Assembly: GCA_963744145.1 (NCBI GenBank)
Contig: CAVUSO010000001.1
Coordinates: 3,136,001-3,200,000, forward strand
Direction of reading: 5' to 3'
DNA from: an uncultured cyanobacterium
Lineage (GTDB): Bacteria; Cyanobacteriota; Cyanobacteriia; Cyanobacteriales; CAWUOF01
DNA: 64,000 nt
The position numbers and the translations under genes were made by a program. How positions within the stretch are numbered: position 1 is the stretch's first letter; the number at the start of each line of letters is the position of its first letter. Below, piece after piece: positions 22,862 to 32,135 of the stretch. The notes beneath the pieces are model-generated. The model searched no databases. It was given only the letters and a program-made list of their open reading frames with translations, and had not been told where the DNA came from.

Positions 22862-23053
22862 ATGAACAGCCTCTCCTTTTTATCTGCTTCTTTAGTGTTA
22901 GGAATTTTGCTGAGAAATCTCTACTTGCATGGCTTGTGGATGACGGTACAGAAATTAACTACAATCCAAACCCCAATTCTATTAACATTAGGCAGCTTTT
23001 TTGAGCAGTCCGCGATCGCTATTCCTGTCTCAATCTATAAATCGAAACCATAA
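22862..23053 (+). pseudogene. Truncated atpR copy
   Basis: MNSLSFL...LWMTVQKLTTIQTPILLTLGSFF vs LWMTIQKLPTTQSPILLTLGSFF at 42285. Diverges after the HIP1 site. Confidence 0.8.
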
Positions 23054-23117
23054 ATAACGGCTAGTAGCAAACAGAAAACAGCACTTGGACTTAGCCGAAC
23101 TAAGGAGAATTGAACCC

Positions 23118-25532
23118 ATGAAGACAACGACACTTTCCCCAGAACTGCTCCACAAAATAGATGCCTACTGGCGTGCTGCCAACTATCTGTCAGTTGGGCA
23201 GATTTATCTCTACGACAATCCATTACTGAAGGAGCCACTAAAACTCTCCCACATCAAACCTCTAGTAGTCGGACACTGGGGCACGACACCGGGTCAGAAC
23301 TTCATCTATGTCCACTTGAACCAGGTGATCAGAAAGTATGACCTGGATATGTTCTACATCTCCGGTCCCGGTCATGGTGGTCCGGCGCTAGTAGGTAATA
23401 CTTACCTCGAAGGTTCCTACAGTGAGATTTATCCGAACATCAGCCAGGACGAAGCCGGAATGAAAAAGCTGTTCAAGCAGTTCTCATTTCCTGGCGGAAT
23501 TTCCAGCCATGTTGCGCCGACAACACCAGGGTCAATTCACGAAGGAGGTGAGTTGGGATACTCCCTCAGCCATGCTTTCGGAGCTGCGTTCGACAATCCC
23601 AATCTGATCGTTGCCTGCATTATTGGCGACGGTGAAGCGGAGACGGGTCCATTGGCGACCGCATGGCAGTCCAACAAGCTGCTCAACCCAATTACCGACG
23701 GTACAGTTCTCCCAATCCTGCACCTGAATGGCTACAAGATCAATAATCCGACGATCCTGGCTCGGATTGAGCATGAGGAGCTAGAGCAATTTCTCCAAGG
23801 CTGCGGCTGGACACCTTACTTTGTGGCAGGCGATGAGCCAGAAAAGATGCACGAACTCATGGCTAGCACTCTAGACCAGGCGATCGAGGACATTCAGCAA
23901 ATCCGCAGCAATGCTAGGAACAACCATAACACCATGCGACCGCGTTGGCCGATGATCGTTCTTAAGTCGCCCAAGGGCTGGACAGGACCGAAATTTGTCG
24001 ATGGTCTGCCCAACGAAGGTACATCGCGATCGCACCAAGTACCTCTCATTGTGGATGCCGAACATCCCGATCATCTCCAGCAGTTAGAAAGCTGGATGAA
24101 GAGCTACAAAGCCGAAGAACTTTTCGATGAAAATGGCCGACTTCTACCCGAATTAGCAGAGCTGGCACCGAAAGGCGATCGACGGATGGGCGCGAACCCC
24201 CACGCTAATGGCGGTCTGTTGCTACGTGATTTGCGGATACCGGACTTCAGCGACCATGCGGTATCTGTGCCAACCCCTGGTGCCGTTGACGGTCAGGACA
24301 CACTTGTATTGGGCAAGTTCCTGCGTGATGTAGTCAAGCTAAATCAGGAGCAACGGAATTTCCGCATCTTCGGTCCCGATGAAACACTCTCTAATCTTTT
24401 GGGCGCAGTATTTGAAGTTACGAATCGTCAGTGGGAAGCACGGGAGGAAAACAATGATGAGTTCCTCGCGCCCGGTGGACGAGTGGTGGACTCGATGCTT
24501 AGTGAACACCAGTGTGAGGGGTGGTTAGAAGGCTATTTACTAACTGGGCGACACGGACTGTTCAACAGCTATGAAGCATTTATTCGCATCGTTGATTCCA
24601 TGTTCAGCCAGCACGCCAAATGGCTGAAAGTCACATCAGAACTACCCTGGCGACAGCCGATCGCATCACTGAACTATCTGCTCGCTTCCCACGTCTGGCA
24701 ACAAGATCACAACGGTTTCACCCACCAAGACCCTGGTTTCATTGACCACGTTATCAATAAGAAAGCCGATATTGTGCGTGTTTATCTGCCACCTGACGCG
24801 AACTGTCTGCTGTCGGTCTTTGATCACTGTCTGCGTAGCCGACACTACGTGAATGTAGTGGTGGCTGGCAAACACGCACTTCCGCAATGGCTGACTATCG
24901 ATGCAGCGATCGCGCATTGCACAGAAGGAATCGGCATCTGGCAATGGGCGAGCAATGACCAGGACTCTGAACCGGATGTGGTGATGGCTTGCTGTGGCGA
25001 TACACCGACCCTAGAGATTTTGGCTGCCGTTTCTATTCTGCGCCAGCATCTACCTGATCTAAAAATTCGAGTGATTAATGTCGTTGATCTGATGAAATTG
25101 CAGTCCGCCAGTGAACACCCGCACGGTTTGAACGAAACGGACTACGACTCACTGTTTACGACAGACAAGCCGATCATCTTTGGCTTTCATGGCTATCCCT
25201 GGCTAGTCCACCGACTGACTTACCGTCGCATTAATCGCAACCTCCACGTGCGGGGCTACAAGGAAGAAGGCACGATCACGACAGCCTTTGACATTAGGGT
25301 GCAAAATGACCTAGATCGCTTTCATCTGGTGCAAGATGTAGTTGATCGCCTACCCCATTTGGGTGCTAAGGGAGCTTACCTAAAGCAGATGATGCAGGAC
25401 AAGCTGATTGAACACAAGCAATACATTGACCAGCACGGCGAAGATTTGCCAGAAATCCGCAACTGGAAGTGGAGTTCAGATGCAACGCAGAAAGGGAAAC
25501 CGTTGGTGGAAAAAACGTTTGTACTGAGCTGA
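23118..25532 (+). CDS. xfp: Phosphoketolase copy 2 (intact)
   Basis: Full-length 804 aa, RBS AAGGAG, all XFP motifs. Confidence 0.96.
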   Translation: MKTTTLSPELLHKIDAYWRAANYLSVGQIYLYDNPLLKEPLKLSHIKPLVVGHWGTTPGQNFIYVHLNQVIRKYDLDMFYISGPGHGGPALVGNTYLEGSYSEIYPNISQDEAGMKKLFKQFSFPGGISSHVAPTTPGSIHEGGELGYSLSHAFGAAFDNPNLIVACIIGDGEAETGPLATAWQSNKLLNPITDGTVLPILHLNGYKINNPTILARIEHEELEQFLQGCGWTPYFVAGDEPEKMHELMASTLDQAIEDIQQIRSNARNNHNTMRPRWPMIVLKSPKGWTGPKFVDGLPNEGTSRSHQVPLIVDAEHPDHLQQLESWMKSYKAEELFDENGRLLPELAELAPKGDRRMGANPHANGGLLLRDLRIPDFSDHAVSVPTPGAVDGQDTLVLGKFLRDVVKLNQEQRNFRIFGPDETLSNLLGAVFEVTNRQWEAREENNDEFLAPGGRVVDSMLSEHQCEGWLEGYLLTGRHGLFNSYEAFIRIVDSMFSQHAKWLKVTSELPWRQPIASLNYLLASHVWQQDHNGFTHQDPGFIDHVINKKADIVRVYLPPDANCLLSVFDHCLRSRHYVNVVVAGKHALPQWLTIDAAIAHCTEGIGIWQWASNDQDSEPDVVMACCGDTPTLEILAAVSILRQHLPDLKIRVINVVDLMKLQSASEHPHGLNETDYDSLFTTDKPIIFGFHGYPWLVHRLTYRRINRNLHVRGYKEEGTITTAFDIRVQNDLDRFHLVQDVVDRLPHLGAKGAYLKQMMQDKLIEHKQYIDQHGEDLPEIRNWKWSSDATQKGKPLVEKTFVLS

Positions 25533-25577
25533 AACTAAGCTTTCTAAATTTTTTGGACTTTTTTAAGGAGATCGAAC

Positions 25578-25760
25578 ATGACTACCCAGATTGAAGTTGA
25601 AGTTGAAGGTCAAAAAACTCCGTTTACGCTGGATTGGGAAGAGTGGCGTTGGCAATCTTTAAAGGAGCAGCAGGAGTCTGAATTCCCGGTGATCACAGTT
25701 ATAGATGGGAAGCGCTACGAGCTGTATTCAGATAATACGTTCGCCGAGGTGGAGCGGTGA
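25578..25760 (+). CDS. Small hypothetical protein (60 aa)
   Basis: RBS AAGGAG. Decayed paralog at 14265. Confidence 0.6.
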   Translation: MTTQIEVEVEGQKTPFTLDWEEWRWQSLKEQQESEFPVITVIDGKRYELYSDNTFAEVER

Positions 25761-25767
25761 GTGAAAG

Positions 25768-25879
25768 GGCTTCTTGCAAAAATATGTTTGTAGTAGGAAC
25801 TTTAGTCCCCTAATGCTCAATAATCGAGGGCTAAAGCCCTTACTACAAACAAATATTTTTGACTTTTGCAAGAGGTCTA
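25768..25879. mobile_element. MITE-like element, same end family as 16361
   Basis: CTTCTTGCAAAA ... TTTTGCAAGAGGTCTA. Inner TGTTTGTAGTA..CTTTAG.CCC / GGGCTAAAG..TACTACAAACA. Confidence 0.7.
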
Positions 25880-25902
25880 AAGGCACAAAACGGAGAGATG
25901 AC

Positions 25903-26931
25903 ATGAGTTCAGATCAGCTTATAGCCACTGCTAAGGCAATAGTCGCCAGGGACAAAGGTCTGTTGGCAATGGATGAAAGTAACCCAACTTGCAACAAACG
26001 ATTTGCCAAGCTAGGGATTCCCCAAACCCAGGAAGCCCGACGTGCCTATCGGGAGTTGATTATAACCACGTCCGGTCTTGATGAATATATTAGTGGCGTG
26101 ATCCTCTATGACGAGACAATCCGTCAGCAGCAAAAAGATGGTACTTCCTTTCTTCAAGTTCTTAGCAATGCGGGGATTATTCCCGGTATCAAAGTTGATA
26201 CTGGGGCTAAGGACATGGCGGGTCATCCGGTCGAAAAAATCACAGTTGGTCTGGACGGATTGCGCGATCGCCTCAAGGAATATTTTCAAATGGGCGCTCG
26301 TTTCGCCAAGTGGCGCGCCGTGATTACGATCGGCAAGGACATTCCCAGCCGGGGTTGTATCGAGGCCAACGCCCAGACCTTGGCTCGCTATGCTGCATTG
26401 TGTCAGGAAGCCGGACTGGTTCCTATTGTCGAGCCAGAAGTACTCATGGACGGCGAGCATACCGGGGTGCGGTGCGGTGAGGTAACCGAAGAAGTCCTAC
26501 GAACCGTCTTCAACCAACTCTACACACAACGGGTAATCCTGGAGGGTTTGATCTTGAAACCCAACATGGTACTTCCCGGATTGACCTGCCCCCAGCAAGG
26601 AACTGTGGATGAGGTGGCCGACGCCACGGTGAACTGTTTCTTGCGAGCAGTCCCTGCTGCCGTTCCGGGGATTGCATTCTTGTCGGGCGGACAATCTGGT
26701 GAACTGGCCTCAGCCCGTTTGAATGCCATGAATGTTAGATTCAAATCGCGTTTGCCTTGGGCCTTGGCGTTTTCCTTTGCCCGCGCCATCCAGCAAACAG
26801 CTTTAGAGCTTTGGCAAGGCAAAGAGACTAATGTACTAGAGGCCCAAAAAGCTCTACTACATCGAGCGAAATGCAATTGGGCAGCGCGTCGGGGCGAATA
26901 CAATGCCGCTATGGAAGGGACGGGAGCATGA
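25903..26931 (+). CDS. Fructose-bisphosphate aldolase, class I (eukaryote-like family)
   Basis: KGLLAMDES, GIKVDTG, FAKWR, PIVEPE, LKPNM, FLSGGQ, FSFARA. Confidence 0.95.
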   Translation: MSSDQLIATAKAIVARDKGLLAMDESNPTCNKRFAKLGIPQTQEARRAYRELIITTSGLDEYISGVILYDETIRQQQKDGTSFLQVLSNAGIIPGIKVDTGAKDMAGHPVEKITVGLDGLRDRLKEYFQMGARFAKWRAVITIGKDIPSRGCIEANAQTLARYAALCQEAGLVPIVEPEVLMDGEHTGVRCGEVTEEVLRTVFNQLYTQRVILEGLILKPNMVLPGLTCPQQGTVDEVADATVNCFLRAVPAAVPGIAFLSGGQSGELASARLNAMNVRFKSRLPWALAFSFARAIQQTALELWQGKETNVLEAQKALLHRAKCNWAARRGEYNAAMEGTGA

Positions 26932-27554
26932 GCACAAGCATACCCACTCCCCTACGCATTTACTTCATTCGGCATGGGGAAACTGAGTGGTCGCTCTCTG
27001 GCCAGCACACTGGTCGCACGGACATTCCCTTAACTGCGAATGGTGAGGATGAGGGACGGGAACTTGGTAAACATCTCCGGGACATCCAGTTTGCCCATGT
27101 GCTAACCAGCCCGCTCCAACGTGCCCGACAAACCTGTGCCTTCGTCGGGCTGGATCAGGTCCCGGAAATTGAAACAGACCTGATGGAACGGGACTATGGC
27201 GATTACGAAGGGCAGCGATCCGTTGATATTCGCAAGGTGCGCCCAGACTGGAATATTTTTCGAGATGGTTGTCCGCACGGTGAAACGCCTGCACAAATTT
27301 CTGATCGTGCTGATCGACTTATTAATCGTCTTCATACACTGCACGGAAATATCGCGCTTTTTTCCCACGGTCAGTTCGGCGGTGTTCTAGCTGTGCGCTG
27401 GATCGGATTAGCGGTGGTTAAAGCGCAGCATTTCCCGCTTAGTACGGCGTCCTTGAGCATTTTCGCCTTCGACACCCACCACCCCACAGTGTCCGTCATC
27501 GCTTTGTGGAATGCTAGCTCTCACGAAATATTCAACAGCCAAAAGCTTTCTTAA
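26928..27554 (+). CDS. Histidine phosphatase (PGAM family) copy 2
   Basis: RHGETEWS. Paralog of 14535. ATGA overlap with the aldolase gene. Confidence 0.92.
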   Translation: MSTSIPTPLRIYFIRHGETEWSLSGQHTGRTDIPLTANGEDEGRELGKHLRDIQFAHVLTSPLQRARQTCAFVGLDQVPEIETDLMERDYGDYEGQRSVDIRKVRPDWNIFRDGCPHGETPAQISDRADRLINRLHTLHGNIALFSHGQFGGVLAVRWIGLAVVKAQHFPLSTASLSIFAFDTHHPTVSVIALWNASSHEIFNSQKLS

Positions 27555-27600
27555 ACAATCAAGGGAATGGGACAGGAAAACGCGCATACAGAAAAAGAAG

Positions 27601-29757
27601 ATGAAAAAGTCCCTAGATGATCTCCACCATTATATCTCGAATATTTCCGCACATTCTGATGTGTGGGTAGGATCTCCTTTGCCTTTTGGGACCCAGGAAA
27701 CTGGAGGAGGGGTGAATTTCGCCATTTTCAGCCGTGATGCCAGCCGCATTCGACTAGAGTTATTCGACCATCCCGAAGATGCAATACCTGCCCGGTCTAT
27801 CGATCTGGATTCAGCGTGCCATCGGACTGGCGATGTATGGCATGTTTGGGTGAAGGGAATAGGTTCCGGTCAATTCTATGCTTACCGCGTGGACGGTCCT
27901 TACGAACCCAGCAAAGGACATCGTTTTAATTTTAACCGTCTTCTCCTCGATCCCTGTGCGACTGCGATTTCGCAACTGCCCCCCTGGGATTTCGGATCAG
28001 CACGCGGATATGACCCATTGGCACCAGAGCAAGACTTATCTTTCTCGAAGAAGGACAATGCCAGGTCGATGCCAAAATGCTTATTTGTCAACGATTCCTT
28101 CGAGTGGAATGGAGATCAGCCACTCCGACATCCGTGGTCGAAGACCATTATTTACGAAGTGCATATTCGTGGCTTTACTATTCATCCCAAGTCAGGTGTG
28201 GATCATCCGGGCACCTACCGAGGTCTGATAGAAAAAATTCCCTATCTCAAAACCCTGGGCGTGACCGCCGTGGAACTGATGCCCGTGCAAGAGTTCAATG
28301 ACACTCCAATGTCATACAGGAATCCGCAAACCAATCAACCACTCAAGAATTATTGGGGATACGATCCGGTGGCTTTCTTTGCACCCAAAGCTTCCTACAG
28401 CAGTTCAGGTGGTTTAGGACAGCAGAAGCTAGAGTTCAAGGAAATGGTCATGGCTCTTCACAATGCCGATATCGAAGTGATCCTGGATGTAGTGTTCAAT
28501 CACACGGCGGAGGGTAACGAACTGGGTCCAACGCTCTGTTTTCGCGGGATAGATAACACGATTATCTATACCCTGGAAGGTGATAAACGTTACTACAAAA
28601 ACTATACTGGTACAGGCAACACCATCAACGCCAACCATCCTGTGGTGCGTGACTACATCTTGGCCGCCCTTCGTTATTGGATGGTTGAGATGCATGTAGA
28701 TGGATTCCGGTTTGACTTGGCATCGGTTCTCAGCCGGGATGGTGATGGTAATTTGCTAGCTAATGCACCGCTGCTTGAACGGATTGCTGAAGACCCGATC
28801 TTGAGGGACGTGAAAATCATTGCCGAGGCGTGGGACGCTGCTGGGGCCTATGAGGTGGGTAGTTTTTCCGAGCGGCGGTGGGCGGAATGGAACGGCAGGT
28901 ATAGAGATGATGTCCGGCGTTTTTGGCGTGGTGATGAGGGGATGCTCGGTTTGTTTGCTAGCCGGATCTGTGGCAGTGCCGACATCTATACTAAGTCCGG
29001 CAAAGGTCCCGAAAGCAGCATCAATTTTGTCACATGCCACGATGGTTTTACTCTGAACGATCTGGTGAGCTATCGCTACAAGCACAATGAAGCAAACGGA
29101 GAGAACAACCAGGACGGGAGTAACGCCAATTTTAGCGATCACTACGGAGTTGAAGGTGAAACAACAGATCCCGCGATCGCATCCATTAGGAAACGCCAGA
29201 TTAAGAATTTCCTGCTCACTCTCCTAATCTCACGGGGCGTGCCGATGCTCCTCGGTGGGGACGAATTTCGTCGCACACAAATCGGTAATAACAACCCCTA
29301 CTGCCAGGACAACGCAACGAGCTGGTATGACTGGAACTGTCTGGAACAGCACAGGGAGATTTTTCGCTTCACCTGTGGCATGATCGCCTTTCGGTGTGCC
29401 CATCCCGTTCTGAGTAAGGAACAATTCTACAGGGATAGTGAGATCCAGTGGTTTAGTCCGCAAGGAGGATTGCCTAACTGGGCTGACCCGAAAGCAAAAC
29501 AGTTTGCCTGTCTAATCTATGAAAATGAGCGGCACGTACTTTGCCTGATGTTCAATGCTGGTAACGATGCAGTCGATTTCAGGTTGCCTCCTTTACCCGG
29601 ATTTCAGTGGCATCTAGCGGTCGATACCTCTCGCGAAGCACCAGAATATCTGTTTGCTGTAACTGAGGAGCCGCTTTGCGAAGATCCACACACTTACCAT
29701 TTGAGATCCCGATCAAGCGTCATCCTTCTAGCTCGATGTACAGATGAGGAAAAGTAG
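27601..29757 (+). CDS. glgX: Glycogen debranching enzyme
   Basis: NYWGYDP, DVVFNHT, GFRFDLAS, IAEAWD, TCHDGFTL, NNNPYCQDN. Confidence 0.96.
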   Translation: MKKSLDDLHHYISNISAHSDVWVGSPLPFGTQETGGGVNFAIFSRDASRIRLELFDHPEDAIPARSIDLDSACHRTGDVWHVWVKGIGSGQFYAYRVDGPYEPSKGHRFNFNRLLLDPCATAISQLPPWDFGSARGYDPLAPEQDLSFSKKDNARSMPKCLFVNDSFEWNGDQPLRHPWSKTIIYEVHIRGFTIHPKSGVDHPGTYRGLIEKIPYLKTLGVTAVELMPVQEFNDTPMSYRNPQTNQPLKNYWGYDPVAFFAPKASYSSSGGLGQQKLEFKEMVMALHNADIEVILDVVFNHTAEGNELGPTLCFRGIDNTIIYTLEGDKRYYKNYTGTGNTINANHPVVRDYILAALRYWMVEMHVDGFRFDLASVLSRDGDGNLLANAPLLERIAEDPILRDVKIIAEAWDAAGAYEVGSFSERRWAEWNGRYRDDVRRFWRGDEGMLGLFASRICGSADIYTKSGKGPESSINFVTCHDGFTLNDLVSYRYKHNEANGENNQDGSNANFSDHYGVEGETTDPAIASIRKRQIKNFLLTLLISRGVPMLLGGDEFRRTQIGNNNPYCQDNATSWYDWNCLEQHREIFRFTCGMIAFRCAHPVLSKEQFYRDSEIQWFSPQGGLPNWADPKAKQFACLIYENERHVLCLMFNAGNDAVDFRLPPLPGFQWHLAVDTSREAPEYLFAVTEEPLCEDPHTYHLRSRSSVILLARCTDEEK

Positions 29758-29780
29758 CAGACAGTTTTAACGGAGGACAA

Positions 29781-30974
29781 TTGAAAAAAGCTAATCCACG
29801 CATCTTGACGATTAATGGCGGCTCATCGAGCATCAAATTCGCACTATTCGAGTCTGGTGACTCTCTCAGACGGATACTGGAGGGCGAGATTGAGCGGATT
29901 GGAATGCCAGAATCCACCTTGCGGGTAAAAGGATTGAACCAGGCGGACAATTTTTCGCGGTTATTGTTGGCACCAGATCACACCGTGGCGGTGGGCAATC
30001 TGATGGATTGGATCGAGGAACGCAGCAGTCGGGAGGCATTAACTGCGGTGGGGCATCGGGTGGTGCATGGCGGACCGAAGTATAGCAATCCGCAGCGAAT
30101 CACTCCAGAAATGATTGAGGAACTACACCAGATTAGTCCATTTGATCCTGAGCATCTCCCGGAAGAGATCCTGTTAACCGAGGCATTTCATCACCGCTTT
30201 CCGGATTTGCCCCAAGTGGCTTGTTTCGACACAGCTTTTCACCATGACCTGCCACAGGTAGCTCGGTTGTTGCCGATTCCGCGCCGCTACGAAGCGCAGG
30301 GCGTGCGACGATATGGTTTTCACGGGTTGTCATATTCGTTCCTGATGGGAGAACTGTCCCGCCTGTACGGAACAGAAGCAGCACAAGGTCGGACTATCCT
30401 TGCTCACATCGGGAATGGTGCGAGCCTATCCGCGGTGCATAACGGCAAGCCCGTGGATACTAGCATGAGTTTTACTCCGACAGCAGGGGTGCCGATGAGT
30501 ACGCGCTCCGGTGATCTCGACCCGGGACTGCTTTGGTATCTAGCTCGCACTGAAAAAATGAGCGCGAAGCAATTCAACGAGATGGTTAATTTTCAGTCTG
30601 GGTTGCTCGGAATATCGGAAACCAGTTCTGATATGCGTGACTTGCTGAAGATTGAGACACAGGACGAGCGGGCAGCGATCGCGATCGCGTTGTTTTGCTA
30701 CCAGATCAAGAAATGGATCGGCGCATTTGCAGCAGCATTGGGCGGAGTGGATACGTTAGTCTTCGCGGGTGGCATTGGAGAGAACGCCCCTATAGTCCGC
30801 GCCCGGATTTGCGATGGGCTGGGTTTTCTTGGCATCGAACTCGAAGAAAAGCGAAATGCGGCGAATGATGGGGTGATTTCTGCGGAGACTAGCAGAGTTC
30901 CCGTCCATGTGATTCACACAGATGAAGCACTGATGATTGCACGTTTGGTGTGCCACACACTTGGACTTAGCTGA
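29781..30974 (+). CDS. ackA: Acetate kinase copy 2
   Basis: Same motifs as copy 1. TTG start after GGAGG. Confidence 0.95.
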   Translation: MKKANPRILTINGGSSSIKFALFESGDSLRRILEGEIERIGMPESTLRVKGLNQADNFSRLLLAPDHTVAVGNLMDWIEERSSREALTAVGHRVVHGGPKYSNPQRITPEMIEELHQISPFDPEHLPEEILLTEAFHHRFPDLPQVACFDTAFHHDLPQVARLLPIPRRYEAQGVRRYGFHGLSYSFLMGELSRLYGTEAAQGRTILAHIGNGASLSAVHNGKPVDTSMSFTPTAGVPMSTRSGDLDPGLLWYLARTEKMSAKQFNEMVNFQSGLLGISETSSDMRDLLKIETQDERAAIAIALFCYQIKKWIGAFAAALGGVDTLVFAGGIGENAPIVRARICDGLGFLGIELEEKRNAANDGVISAETSRVPVHVIHTDEALMIARLVCHTLGLS

Positions 30975-31044
30975 AAAAAGGGGGATCAGCAAGCGATGCA
31001 CATTTGCTCAAAAGCACCTGCTAGTGGTTGAATGTGCCATACTA

Positions 31045-32040
31045 TCAAGGCTCTACAGCCACGCCGCCATTAACTGTTTGATTGCTTCCGATCACGCTTT
31101 CCAGGTCTTTCTGCTTATGCTCCTGTCCCAACCCCATCGTCAAGGCTGTCATCCCGGCAAGACCCCCTAGCTCCATGCTTTCCACTGCCGTGCTAGGTAC
31201 AATGACGATCGTGGCGTTCTCCTTCAACCCCTCGTAAAGCATATTCATTGCTCTCAAATGGAGTGCGACAGGATTGTTGATATAAGTCTTGGCTGCTTCC
31301 CCAAACTTTTCCGCTACCTGTCGCTCGGAATCACCCAGAATCACCCGTGCTTGACGTTCTCTTTCCGCTTGAGCCTGCATTGACATCGCATCTTCTAAGG
31401 CAGCAGGAATCAGGACATCCTTTACTTCCACCGAAATCACATTAATGCCCCACGGCTCGGTGCGCTCATCAATGATCTTCTGCAATTCCTTGCTGATCTT
31501 CTCCCTGCCTTCCAGCAGATCCGACAGCATGGTTTTGCCAATCACATCCCGCAGCGCCGTTTGGGATGCCCAACTAATAGCACTTTTATAGTCGGCGACT
31601 TTCAGAGCTGCCTTTTGGGGGTCTAAAACCTGCCAAAAGAGGACGGCATCAACATCCACTGGCACCGTATCTTTGGTCAGGGTCTTCTCTGCCTTAAACG
31701 CAGACGTGATCACGCGGGTATCAATCCAGTAAGGAATCGTATCGATGATCGGAATAATGAAAACGAGTCCCGGTCCCTTGAGAGCGAGGAATTTTCCTAA
31801 CCGCAATACCACCAATCTCTCCCACTCATTTGCCACTTTAATGGCTTTGGAAAGAGTTACAGCTAACACACCTACAACGCCAAAAATTATGATTAAAAGA
31901 AGTAATGGGCTAGCAGTGTCAGGCGGGACGGAGTTTTCCACAGGCAAGGACGAATCTCCTGTGCTTTGGGACGTAATCGCTATAGGCTTTCCCGATTGAA
32001 TTTGATAGCTAAATGATGGATAAGAGTTGATTGTTTTCAT
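31045..32040 (-). CDS. SPFH/stomatin (slipin) family protein
   Basis: TM helix, then EWERLVVLRLG, GPGL, TKDTVPV, QTALRDVIG, PWGI.V..VE.KD, QAQAERE. Confidence 0.92.
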   Translation of the reverse strand: MKTINSYPSFSYQIQSGKPIAITSQSTGDSSLPVENSVPPDTASPLLLLIIIFGVVGVLAVTLSKAIKVANEWERLVVLRLGKFLALKGPGLVFIIPIIDTIPYWIDTRVITSAFKAEKTLTKDTVPVDVDAVLFWQVLDPQKAALKVADYKSAISWASQTALRDVIGKTMLSDLLEGREKISKELQKIIDERTEPWGINVISVEVKDVLIPAALEDAMSMQAQAERERQARVILGDSERQVAEKFGEAAKTYINNPVALHLRAMNMLYEGLKENATIVIVPSTAVESMELGGLAGMTALTMGLGQEHKQKDLESVIGSNQTVNGGVAVEP

Positions 32041-32135
32041 TTTAATTACCTCAATGAGCTAGACGCTTGAATTTGATAACCATGATTTTTTTCTGAACTA
32101 GCTTTTCAATTTGCAATCCTCTATTCAAAAATTAA

